Source: Chiloscyllium plagiosum
Lineage: Eukaryota
DNA length: 64,000 bases
Reading direction: 5' to 3'
Assembly (NCBI RefSeq): GCF_004010195.1
Contig: NC_057719.1
Coordinates: forward strand, 89,403,403 to 89,467,402
The notes beneath the pieces are model-generated. The model saw nothing but the letters and a program-made list of their open reading frames with translations, ran no database searches and had not been told where the DNA came from. The position numbers and the translations under genes are program-made. Shown here in pieces: positions 13,276 to 23,899 of this stretch (the first letter of the stretch is position 1; each line of letters opens with the position of its first letter).

Positions 13276-13904
13276 CAAAGGCCTCCACAAATCAAATCCT
13301 CATGTACAAAGCAGCTGTCTGCACCATACTGCAGTGACATTTGGACTATGCATCAGTGACACAAAATACCACTGGAAAAATCCTCCAGACTAAATGGGAG
13401 GATTAAGGCCAGCTCCTCCTACAAAATCAATTTCAATGAACTGGAAATGATGCTTGTGGCCAAAAAGCATTTGCATAACCAGGTTCACACTTTTCTCAAT
13501 CTTCAAATGGGCCAGAGTTCAAAGGAGACCAAAGAAAATGATTCAAAATGCATTCTGAAGTTCTGCTTAAAATGTGACAGCATTGACATTAGTGACCAGG
13601 ACAAACGTGCTACTATTCCACATAAATGACAACAACTTGTTCATCATGCTGCTTCAACGCTTTAGTCACAATGCCCGAATAATTACCACAGCAGTAGCGA
13701 AAAATAAACAAATCTTATACACCGGAATCTTGTATTCCATGTTGACATCCTGCCTCATACAGCCAAACTTCTGTGGGATTGAGAATCAGCCTATTTAGTC
13801 ACACAAAGGCCTATCGCAGAAAGTCAGAACCTCAAATTGAGGGTTAAGATGAAGACAGGTTTGAAATTGGTTGGAACTCCCCAGGCAAATATCAAACAGA
13901 CTGC

Positions 13905-14100
13905 ACATGCAGAAGACCTGAAACACTAAAACAGAAACAACTGGAAAAACTTAACAGGGCTGGCAGCATTGTGGAGAGAAAACAGAACTAACATTCAGGC
14001 TCGTAACCCTCAGAACTTCAGAAAAACGGATCATGAGACTTGAAACATGAACTGTTTTCTCTCCACAATGGTACCACACTTGCTAAGTTTTCCAATAAAT
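13905..14100. mobile_element. PLE family C fold-back remnant
   Basis: Inverted arms TGTGGAGAGAAAACAG / CTGTTTTCTCTCCACA. Confidence 0.6.
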
Positions 14101-14273
14101 ATCATATCGCCAGCAAGAAATGAAAATCTTCAGTAATAAGTGTGCAAGAGCGAACAATTCAACACAAGTCTAAACAGTTGGTCCTTTGAACCAGGAGTTT
14201 ATGAAGTATCAATACCAGAATTACTTAAATAATCCTAACCTTCTACCCGTACAAAAAACAATTAGTTACTTAC

Positions 14274-14317
14274 CTGTGGTGGAAAATTAGCCTTGTTAAA
14301 AATATACACACTTTATT
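14274..14317 (-). other. Candidate 44-nt non-coding exon 2 of the CpG-island gene
   Basis: Minus strand reads TTTTGTCTTTTTTAG | 44 nt | CAG/GTAAGT. It lies in non-repetitive DNA ~1 kb downstream of exon 1. Confidence 0.45.
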
Positions 14318-14913
14318 CTAAAAAAGACAAAATAGCACTTTGCATCTCAGTGTAACAATTTACACATCAAACCTGGCTCCTCCATACTTTTAATATAATC
14401 TTAATTTATCCAGAGCTAATTATTACCTTTCCACTTATGTCACAATCCTTTTATCAGATTTATACTCAATGCTTTAGTGGTTTAAAACTGCGATCCCGAT
14501 GCAAAACTGTGGCAGAGGGAGAAGCCGCAGAAAACTGGAAGACGAAGAGTGCAGTGGTTTCTGCTGGGAATCCCTGACTCAAGGTGGCTAAAGCCAGGCC
14601 ACGGGAAAGGAGGGGAGACGAGGACTGGCATATTCAGCAGGCCGGCTCTGCGGCCTAAGGAAAGGCCACCATTTTGTGGCAAAGTTTTATTGTGGCAACT
14701 GTACCATTTAAACAGGAATGTTGGTGGTGGATCGAGGAGGAGACACGAACGTACCACCCACCCCCACTGAAGGCTGGCAGAAAACACCGACAACTCTCTG
14801 CTCTTTCCCCCCACCCCAAACCACCCCCGGAGGGGTGGGGAGCACAGAAAAAGGGGGCGAGTTAAGGACACTGCCCTCTGGAAATACCAGAATGCTGCAA
14901 TTTGATTTGAGTT

Positions 14914-14988
14914 GGGGGGGAGGGCAGGGAGGGGAGGGCAGGGAGGGGAGGGGAGGGGGAGGGCAGGGAGGGGAGGGGAGGGGAAGGG
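14914..14988 (+). repeat. Polypurine (GGGGA/GGGCA)n tract, G-quadruplex/triplex-prone
   Basis: More than 12 consecutive G3+ runs separated by 1-2 nt. Confidence 0.85.
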
Positions 14989-14989
14989 C

Positions 14990-15600
14990 TCAGCTCAAGC
15001 CCGGGGACCTCGACAAAATGGCGAGAGAAGTCAGGGCCCTCCGACGCTCACAGCCCGGCGGCCTCTTGCCCCCGCGCCGCGCCGGCTATTTCCTCACCCG
15101 CGGCGTGAAGTAAGGCAGAGGGGCCCGGCCCGATGCCCGCGGCCTCCCGGGAGGTGCGAGAGCCCGCCATGATCCAGGCCCCCAATCCCTGGACAAGCAG
15201 CGCCAGCGCTCGGCCCCCGGAACTCCATTCGCAGGCAAGGCCTGAGCTTTCCACCCCCCACCTCCCCACATCGGGACTGACAAAAGGCCGAACTCGCCGT
15301 ACGGACACCGCGCGATCGGTCACCCGGTCGTTTCCGGGCCCGCGAATACTCACCAGCGCGGGCTGCACGCTGGGAGCCCGGGGAAAAGGGGTCTCGGCAC
15401 TCGCTGTCCGCGGAATGGGCAGCAAAAAAAATCCTCAGGCACTCGGCCTCCTCGCTCCCGGAACAACAGCCCGTAGGCCCTGCGTCACTGCGTGCGCGCC
15501 TCCCAAAGACGTCATGACGAACGCGCAACCCCGCCACCGGTCTTGGCAGCGCCCGCGGCCCACGGGCTTTGCGCGGTCACGTGGACGAGCTCGCCACCGA
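14990..15600. promoter_or_regulatory. CpG-island promoter
   Basis: The only CpG-dense unique region. Motifs: YY1 CAAAATGGCG 15014-15023, ETS-like CCGGAA 15458-15463, CRE-like TGCGTCA 15481-15487 and GACGTCA 15508-15514, E-box GGTCACGTGG 15575-15584. Confidence 0.8.
15354..15475 (-). other. Probable non-coding first exon (5' UTR) of an unidentified minus-strand gene
   Basis: Consensus donor CTG/GTGAGT (ACTCAC at 15348-15353) just downstream of the motif cluster. No ATG in the exon. The TSS position is approximate. Confidence 0.6.
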
Positions 15601-15926
15601 CTCCCCCCCCCCCCCCCCCATCTGAAATAATACCTTCTTCAATCTTTGCGGCATCTTTCAATTAAAAACTGTCGCCCTCTATAACCCCCTACAACCTTAG
15701 CTCACAATACTTCCCCCACCCCCCCGTAAATATGCCCATAAACAATTTCTACCCCCAAAGAGACTCCATGCCCCCACACTGCNNNNNNNNNNNNNNNNNN
15801 NNAATGTCCAGACATCCACCCCCCACTCCGTAAATATGCTCTATACCCACCCCTGCAAACATTCTCCATACTGTCTCATAAACACCTCCTCACCCTGTAA
15901 ACCTCCTCCCCCCCAATAAAGACTTC

Positions 15927-17325
15927 GAGTCGTAGAGATGGACAGGAAACAGTCCCTTCGGTCCAACTTGTCCACGCCAACCAGAAAGCCAAACCTAATC
16001 TAGTCCCATTTACTAGCACTTGGCCCACATCCCTCTAAACCCTTATTGTTCATATACTCATCCAGATGACTTTTAAATGATTTTATTGTACTAGCCTGCA
16101 CCACTTCGTCTGGCCGCTCATTTCATACACACACACCACCCTCTGTGTGAAAATGTTGCCCCTTAGGTTCCTTTTATATATTTCCCCTCTCATCCTAAAC
16201 CTATGCCCTCTGGTTCTGGACTCCCCCACATCAGGGAAAAGACTTTGTCTATTTATCCTATCCATGCCCTCATTTTTTATAAACCTTGATAAGGACCCCC
16301 CCCTGAGCCTCTGACACTCCAAGGAAAACAGCCCCAGCCTATTCAGCCTCTCCCTATAGCTCAAACCCTCCAACCCTGGCAACATATTTGTAAATCTTTT
16401 CTGATCCCTTTCAAGTTTCACAATATCGTTCCTATAGGAAGGAGACCAGAATTGCACACAATATGCCAAAAGTGACCCAAACAATGTCCTGTAAAGTTAC
16501 AATATGTTCTCCCAACTCCTATACTCAATATTCTGACCAATAAAGGAAAGCATACCAAACACCTTCTTCACTATCCTATCTACCTGTGACTCTACTTTCA
16601 AGGAACTATGAACCTGTACTCCAAGGTCTCTTTGTTCAATAACAGTCCCCAGGACCCTACTTTAAGTGTGTAAGTCCTACTCTGATTTGCTTTTCCTCGC
16701 ATTTATCTAAATTGAACTCCATGTGCAACTCCTCAGCCCATTGGCCCATCTAATCAAGATCCTATTGTACTCTGAGGTAACCTTCTTTACTGTCAAGTAC
16801 ACTCCAATTTTGGTGTCATCTGCAAACTTACTTACTATACCTCCAGTGTTCAATTCCAAATTATTTACATAAATAAAAAAGTAGTGTACCCAGCACCAAT
16901 CCTTGTGGCACACCACTTGTCACAGGCCTCCGGTCTGAAAAGCAACCCTCAACCACCGCCCTCTGTCTTCTACCTTCGAGCCAGCTCTATATCCAAATGG
17001 CTCGTTCTCCCTGTATTCCATGAGATCTAACCTTGCTAACCAGTCTCCCATGAGGATTCTTGTCAAACGCCTTGCCAAAGTCCGTATAGATCATGTCTAC
17101 CACACTGCCACATCAATCCTCCCTGTTGCTCCTTTAAGAACATCATTCAATTTTGTGAGAATGATTTCCCACGCACAAAGCCATGCTGACTATCCCTAAT
17201 CAGTCCTTGCCTTTCCAAATACATGTAAATCCTGTCCCACAGGATTCCCTCCAACAACTTGCCCACCACCAACATCAGGCTCACCGGTCTATAGTTCCCT
17301 GGCTTTTCCTTATCATCTTCCTTAA
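15927..17325 (-). mobile_element. CR1 LINE, 5'-truncated
   Basis: KPGNYRPVSL, SKFADDTKIG, YCVQFWSP and the CR1 3' tail. Confidence 0.95.
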
Positions 17326-17329
17326 ATGC

Positions 17330-18860
17330 TGGATCTTGTTGACTATGAGATCTTTGTTTGGGATTGTTAACCTGGGCCAATCAGGAAAATCCTGGTTAAG
17401 CCAATATAATCAGGGGATGGCATAACTGGCCATAAACAGGTCCCAGGCAACAGTCCATGGAGGGGGTCGTTAGGACCGACTGCCTGCTCCTCTTCTGCGG
17501 ATATGTCTGGGCCTGGGTATCCCTGGAGAATGAGCACGCGGTGTCCACCAACACCACTGAGCTGCTCAGGGAGAGATGGGCACCGCAGGGAGTGGAGTAC
17601 ATTATTTCCCCCTCCAATTCTATTTTGATTTAATCACTTCACTGTTTGATCACGCAGCATTGCCCTTTAATGAGAAGAGCACTGCTTGTCACTGGCCACT
17701 TGAGTGTTTCCTTTCTTCCTGGTGGTGGAAATTGAATAAAGATTTGTATACTTTGTGTCTTCCACTGGTGTCTCACACCTACAGACACACAAAAAAAGAA
17801 AAACCACAGGATGGCCAAACTGGCCATGAACAGGTCCAGGCAGTGGACCATGGAGGGGGTCATTAGGGCCGATTGCCTGTCCCTCTTCCGCCGTTAGGTT
17901 AGAACCTGGGTATCTCTGGAGAATGTGTCCACCAGCACCATTGAGCTGTTCAGGAGGAGGTGGGCACCGCAGGGAATGGAATGTATTATTTCCCCGTCCA
18001 ATAATATTTTGATTTAATCCCTGCCCTCCCCTTCACTGTTTGACCATGCAGCATTGCCCATTGATGAGGATGGCACTGCTTGTCACTGGCCACTTGGGTG
18101 TTTCTTCCTGATGGTGGAAATTGAATAAAGATTTGTACACCTTGTGTCTTTCACTGTGTCTCACACCTGTGCACATACAACATGGGTGCTGGGGAAAAAT
18201 AAGCACTACCGCAGTTAGGCGGTAGTATAGGGGAGAAAAGAAAAAAATATATAACCAGGGGATTGGAAACTCCTCAGTTCAGAGAAATGATTCCATGCTG
18301 GCTGGCTACCCACTGAGAGTGCACTTGTGCACAAGTAAATAAAGGGGGAAAAACTTAGCAATGGGATACTAGTCTCTGTAAAATTATTTCAGTGGTAATG
18401 GGAGAAAACAGGACTTGCCTGAAATAATTTGCTTGCAACAGCCATCTTGGAGTTGGGGTAAGTATTTCTGGCATCTTGCCTTTATTTGGGAAGCATGACA
18501 CATTTGATCCTGCTGTTGAAGACTGGGCCCTGTATGTGGAAAGAATGCAATATTTTTTTCTGGGCAATTGACATTAAGACAGATAAAAAGCAACAAGTAA
18601 TCATTTTGGTTGCTTGCAGACCTGCAGTATTTTAAGGTATAAGGGGCTTATCTTTCCCAGAGGTACTAGACGTTAACTCCTTCCAAGAGTTGAAGGAGTT
18701 AGTTCATGAATATTAGGGGCCCAAACCACCTAATTCCAAGATGCTATTGGTTTTACTTGTCTGTTCAACAACTGGGGGAATATGTATCGGGATTTTTGAT
18801 GAGGTTAAGTTGACTGACAGAGGCATGTGATTTTGGGTTGACCCTGAATGAGTTGAGGAG
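17330..18860 (+). mobile_element. Gypsy LTR (split by Tx1 insertions) plus start of gag
   Basis: CCAAT and TATA at 17378-17410. The LTR resumes at 18250 and ends TTATTTCA (~18391), followed by TGGT (PBS-like). Gag-like LFGKHDTFDPAVEDWALYVERMQYFF at ~18480-18560. Confidence 0.75.
17419..18247 (+). mobile_element. Two tandem 5'-truncated Tx1-clade 3' ends
   Basis: Both copies match the ORF2 C-terminus and 3' UTR of 20512-21792, with AATAAA and A-rich tails. TSD TATAA(T/C)CAGGGGAT at 17405-17418 / 18250-18263. Confidence 0.85.
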
Positions 18861-18983
18861 AAAGTGAGGTCTGCAGATGCTGGAGATCAGAGCTGGAAAT
18901 GTGTTGCTGGAAAAGCGCAGCAGGTCAGGCAGCATCCAGGGAACAGGAGAATCGACGTTTTGGGCATAAGCCCTTCTTCAGGA
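18855..18983 (-). mobile_element. PLE family A monomer
   Basis: Reverse complement of the 1598-1723 unit. Confidence 0.85.
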
Positions 18984-19479
18984 AGCACTCTGGATATTGC
19001 AGTGGGCAAAGGATACTAGCAGCATTTATAGAACTTCAGTGTCAAGGTACATTATATGTATGTCACTGTCTGTATTATATAATTTTCATATCTCCTCCTT
19101 CATTACAGAAAGTATAGATCTTATATTCCATTATAAATTGTGTACATTATATGTTACATTCCAGAGCTATGCATCATAATTCAATATAGAACTTTTCTTT
19201 AGCATTTCCAGTTTTGGTCATACCTGTCAAAACCTACATTATACAAGTAGGTTTCATTTCAGAACATGAATGTCACAAGTTGATATAGCACGTGCATACT
19301 ACTAGGATCTCTGTTCTAGAAGATGTGTAATCAATCTCCATTACAGAAAGTGTACACTGCCATCTTCATTTTAGTCCTTTGTGTTTGCCAATGTCCACCT
19401 CACGGATCACAGTGCAGGTAGAAGTCTCTTGCAGTCTGATCATTTGCCTGCTTCTATAAGTGTTGCGACACACATGCTT

Positions 19480-20112
19480 GCCTTAATTGGTGTTAGGAAA
19501 GTCATGTTGCAGCTGGGCAGGACATTGGTTTGGCCATATTGGAATATTGCATGCAATTCTGGCTTCCCTCCTATCAGAAGGATGTTGTGAAACTTGAAAG
19601 GGTTCAGAAAAGATTTACAAGGATGTTGCTAGGTTTGGAGGGTTCGAGCTATAGGGACTGGCTAAATAGATTCAATTCAATTCCATATCATGTAGAAAAA
19701 GGCCCTTCGGCCTAACAAGTCCACACTGACCCTCCAAAGAGTAACCCACCCAGACACATTTCCCTCTGACTAACGCACCTAACACTATGGGCAATTTAGC
19801 ATGGCCGATTCACCTGACCTGCACATCTTTGGATTAAGGGAGGAAACCTACGCAGAAACAGGGAGAATGTGCAAACTCCATTATAGACAGTCACCTGAGG
19901 CTGGAATCAAACCTGGGTCCCTGGCGCTGAGAGGCAGCACTGCTAACTACTGAGCCACTGTGCCATCCCTGGGTCTATTTTCCCTGGAGTGTTAGAGACT
20001 TTAGGGGTCACCTTATAGAGGTTTATCAAATCGCGAGGGGCATGGATAGGATAAATAGACAAGATCTTTTCCCATGGCTTTTTTTCCAAAAACCAGAGGA
20101 CATAGGTTTAAG
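19480..20112 (+). mobile_element. CR1 3' fragment with a nested HE1 SINE (19668-19968, minus)
   Basis: LEYCMQFWLPSYQKDVVKLERVQKRF, plus a reverse SINE head and tail. Confidence 0.85.
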
Positions 20113-20510
20113 GGGAGGCAATGGCCTGGTAGTATTAGCGCTCGACTATTAATCGAGAAACCAAGAAAAATGTTTTGGAGCCCTGGGTTCAAATCTCGCC
20201 TCGGCAGATGGTGGAATTTGAATTCAATAAAAGAAATCTAGAATTAAGAGTCGACTGATGACCATGAAACTGTTGTCAATTGTCAGAAAAACCTGTCTGG
20301 ATCACTAATGTCCTTTAAGGAAGGAAATCTATCATCCTTATTTGGCCTACATGTGACTCCGGAACCACAGCAGTGTGGTTGAGTCTCAACTGCTCTCTGA
20401 AATGGCCCAGTAAGCCACTCAGTTGTAACAATCGCTCGAAAGTCATAACAAAGAAATGAAACCAGAGGGACCACCTCGCATTGACCTTGGAACTGGAAAA
20501 GAATGGCAAG
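20112..20510 (+). mobile_element. tRNA-headed repeat (second SINE family or LINE 5' end)
   Basis: GGGTTCAAATC B-box and GGCAGATGGTGGAATTTGAATTCA. A related copy lies at ~37590-38100. Confidence 0.6.
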
Positions 20511-20511
20511 C

Positions 20512-21792
20512 AGGGCAGTGGTAGATGTCTGGTTCGTGGCCACTGACATCCAACGCCCTAAAATGGTGGTGCTCGGACTCGACGTAGTGCACCAGTTGGG
20601 AGGATGTTCAGGTGTGCGGTGGAATCCTGTCTGCGCTCACCCCTGCCCAGATGGAATTTCACATTGGTCCCAAGGTCCCGTACTTCCCGCGGGAACCTGT
20701 GCCCCACAACCTGAGCCACCTCCGGAATTTTAGTTTTGTCCCTTTTAAGGACATAAAAAGGCAGGCTCCATGATGCTGCACACCATCCACCTCTTCTCCC
20801 TCACCCACTACCCGGACATGCCTTGGCGTATCCATTTGCCACCGGGTGGTGGCAATCCCCAGTGGAGGGCTCTCTACGCGGGAGTCCTCCCCCCTTCTCT
20901 CCGGGATCTGGGGTGGAGGGTGCTGCACGCAGCGGTCCCTTGCAACCGCATTTTGCAGTGGTTCACGGACTCTTAGCCCAACTGCTTGTTCTGTGGTGTC
21001 CGTGGACCATGTAGAGATTGGGTGTGGGTGTTTTCACTCCCTTTTTGGTTTTCTTAGAAACCTCCTTCTCTGTTTTTGGTTGCACTTCAGTCCCACGCTC
21101 CTGATCTTCGGGCACCCGGTACGGAGCGGGGAGGGCAGGTCTGAGGACCTCCTCATGCGTCTTCTCCTGGGCCTGGCCAAACTGGCCATAAACAGGTCCT
21201 CCTTCTCTGTTTTTGGTTGCACTTCAGTCCCACGCTCCTGATCTTCGGGCACCCGGTACGGAGCGGGGAGGGCAGGTCTGAGGACCTCCTCATGGGTCTT
21301 CTCCTGGGCCTGGCCAAACTGGCCATAAACCGGTCCAGGCAGCGGGCCGTGGAGGGGGTCGTTAGGGCCAATTGTCTGCCCCTCTTCCATGGTTATGTTA
21401 GAGCCCGGGTGTCTCTGGAAAAGGAGCACGCGGTGTCCACCAACACCCTGGAGTTGTTCAGGGAGAGGTGGGCGCCGCAGGGAGTGGAGTGCATTATTTT
21501 CCCCTCCAACTCTATTTTGATTTAATCCCTGCCCTCCCCTTCACTGTTTGATCACACAGCATTGCCCTTTAATGTGAAGGGCACTGCTTGTCACTAGCCA
21601 CTTGGGTGTTTCCTTTCTTCCTGGTGGTGGAAATTGAATAAAGATTCATGTACCTTGTGTCTTTCACTGTGTCTCACACCTGCACACACACAGCATGGGT
21701 TCGGGGGGAAATAAAAAGAAAAAAAAACAGGAGTAAAAAAAAGGAGTGTTGGCCAAATTGATTAAAAAAAGAAAGCAAAAGTAGAAAAAAAA
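20512..21792 (+). mobile_element. Tx1-clade (L1 group) LINE 3' part, with zf-RVT region and poly(A) tail
   Basis: LRDLGWRVLHAAVPCN..C.FC and LLLGLAKLAINRSRQ, then AATAAA and an A-rich tail. Contains an internal 137-bp tandem duplication. Confidence 0.9.
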
Positions 21793-21813
21793 TAACCAAA
21801 GAGTTGGAAACTC

Positions 21814-23367
21814 TTCCCTTCAGGAGACTGTCTTTGAGCTGACTAGCTAAAGCCAGTGTGTACTGTTGCTGTTGGTTTCTTATTTTTGGGGAACCTGATT
21901 CCTGAACTGGATGACCTATGCAGTCAGTTTGTTAACTGGTATTTTTTTTCATTGAGGACAGATTTCTCAACTAGCTGATCTACACAGTCAATGTGTTACA
22001 GGTATATTTGAGTTCTCATTAGGGAACTGTTGTCTCACTAGCTGGTTACAGTCTGTGTGTTATTCTTTTCCTGTGCTGATTTTGTGGCAGGGCTTAATGC
22101 TTGCACTTTTCTTTGCATGTGTTTCTACTTTTTTTTTGGTGCTTGGACTGAGCCGATATGGGATACTGCACCTTTCGAAATGAACTGTTCCTCTATGGGT
22201 AACAGTTCCCCTGTGGGGAGACTAGGCTTCTGTAAAGTCTGAACAGCTGTGTGTGTGCTGGGAGGTGAGAATTTGCTGCCTATTGGAGTGGACTATTCTC
22301 TGAGTTTAGATTAGAGTGATGCTGGAAAAGCACAGGTCAGGCAGCATCCGAGGAGCAGGAAAATTGATGTTTCAGGCAAAAGCCCTTCATCAGGAATAGA
22401 GCAGAAGGGCTTTTGCCCGAAACGTCGATTTTCCTGCTCCTCGGACGCTGCCTAACCTGCTGTGCTTTTCCAGCACCATTCTAATCTAGACTCTGGTTTC
22501 CAGCATCTGCAGTCCTTGTTTTTATCTATTCTCCGAGTTAACTACACTTTTATAACTAACTGTATTCCAGAGTGGGCCTGGTCCTCTGAGGATAGACCAA
22601 GCCTCTATGGAGACTTATCACCTGTGTGTATGCTGTGGCGGGGCGGTGGGGGGGGGGGGGGGGGGGGGGTGCATTTTCCACCTCCAGCAGTGGACTCTTG
22701 CCTTTGATTGTGAACTCTGCTTCAAGCAATGGACTCTGTGTACTGGAGAGGGATTCTGGTCCTGGGAATGGACTCTGCATTCTGAAAAGAATGGTGATGG
22801 ATTCTGTGTACCAGATGGGACTCTATTTGTTGGTAATTGACTCTGTCTTGTTGTTTGTTGGGTTCATCTCCTGCACTGTCTGGCGTGTCCTTAGTCTGGC
22901 AAGCCTTACTGGGAGTTGGGAGGCTTGTAGATTGTCCTGAAAGCTGTCACACTGAGAGCCAGAGGGTGGGTAGGCTGTCCTGATTGCTGTCATCTGGAGT
23001 GGGGAAACAGGATACTGTTCTAGAGGTGGCCGGAAGGGGCACGGAGTAGACCGAGAGTCGGAAGGTGGGTAGGAGTGGGCTGCCTTTGAGTGGCTGGAAG
23101 GTGGGAGGGAAGGGTAGCTTGCTGGTTTGGCAGAGATGTTTGTATTATTTGGCTTAGTGGACTGTTGGTGTATGATTGCATTTACTGTTTCATTTTTTGA
23201 TCATGTAAAGTGGGGTTTGAGATTCATTCTAGTTTCCCTGCGAACTAGTCGTACAGTGGGATTTGGGGTCAGGCCTTGCTGCTCCTTTCTCCCTGTAAAA
23301 GGTTTCTTGCACATGGCTGTTCATGTTCACTGTATTTTGTACTGTTAATTAAAATTTAAATAAAAAT
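21814..23367 (+). mobile_element. Unclassified GT-rich element, probably the long 3' UTR of a second non-LTR family
   Basis: Ends AATAAAAAT and is bracketed by two versions of the motif TA(A/G)CCRRRGRTTGGAAACTC. No recognisable ORF. Confidence 0.4.
22307..22526. mobile_element. PLE family A-related fold-back
   Basis: ~85-bp inverted arms, with TSD TATTCTC(T/C)GAGTT (22294-22306 / 22527-22539). Confidence 0.85.
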
Positions 23368-23490
23368 TATAGCCGGGGATTGGAAACTCATTTAAGGGAA
23401 CGGACTCCAATCTGGCTGGCTACCTACAGAGTGCACTTGTACACAAAGGGGGACTGAGTGACAGCATGTAGGCCTCTATAGTTATTTCAT
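23368..23490 (+). mobile_element. 3' half of an LTR related to 18250-18391
   Basis: Shares GGGGATTGGAAACTC, CTGGCTGGCTACC, GAGTGCACTTGT and AAAGGGGGA, and ends TTATTTCA. Confidence 0.7.
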
Positions 23491-23899
23491 TCATACTCAA
23501 TACCCCTGCCTTGCCCCCCCCCCCAACCGCATAAATACTCCATGACCACTATAAACACTTAACCTCAACGTCTCCCATATTAACCCTCCCCCTCTACATT
23601 CCACCCCCCCACCCCATAAAGACCCATATTTCCTCTGCAAGGACCCTCACCATATACAAATTTCCCCCATTTCCTAAACACCTTCACCCGTGACAACACC
23701 CTGTAAACAGCCTCACTATGTATACACTCCTGTAAGTGCTCTCACCTTCTACACCTCACCCTCACTGTACATGTGCCATACCAGAATTTTGAGAGTCCAG
23801 GGCAGAGGTGAGTGCTGTGTCCATCATTTAAGTTGAAGGTGCTGGGGAAGCTGCATAGGTCTGAAGGTGGATAAACCACCTGGTCCTTTTGGTTTTTTA

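Larger units (their letters stand above)
10500..13750 (+). mobile_element. Highly decayed RTE-clade LINE, interrupted by PLE and CR1 insertions
   Basis: ORF 10846-11049 WQIQEKCQRLQELFMAFIHLINACDS resembles the RTE motif RQLQEKC..LYMAFIDLTKAFD. Sequence resumes at 13276 after the TSD CAAAG(A/G)CCTCCACAA. Confidence 0.6.

Noticed and set aside
14718..15630. Overlapping 65-165 aa ORFs on both strands in the CpG island
   Set aside because: Expected from stop-poor GC-rich DNA. Low-complexity R/P/G/A peptides with no recognisable domain.
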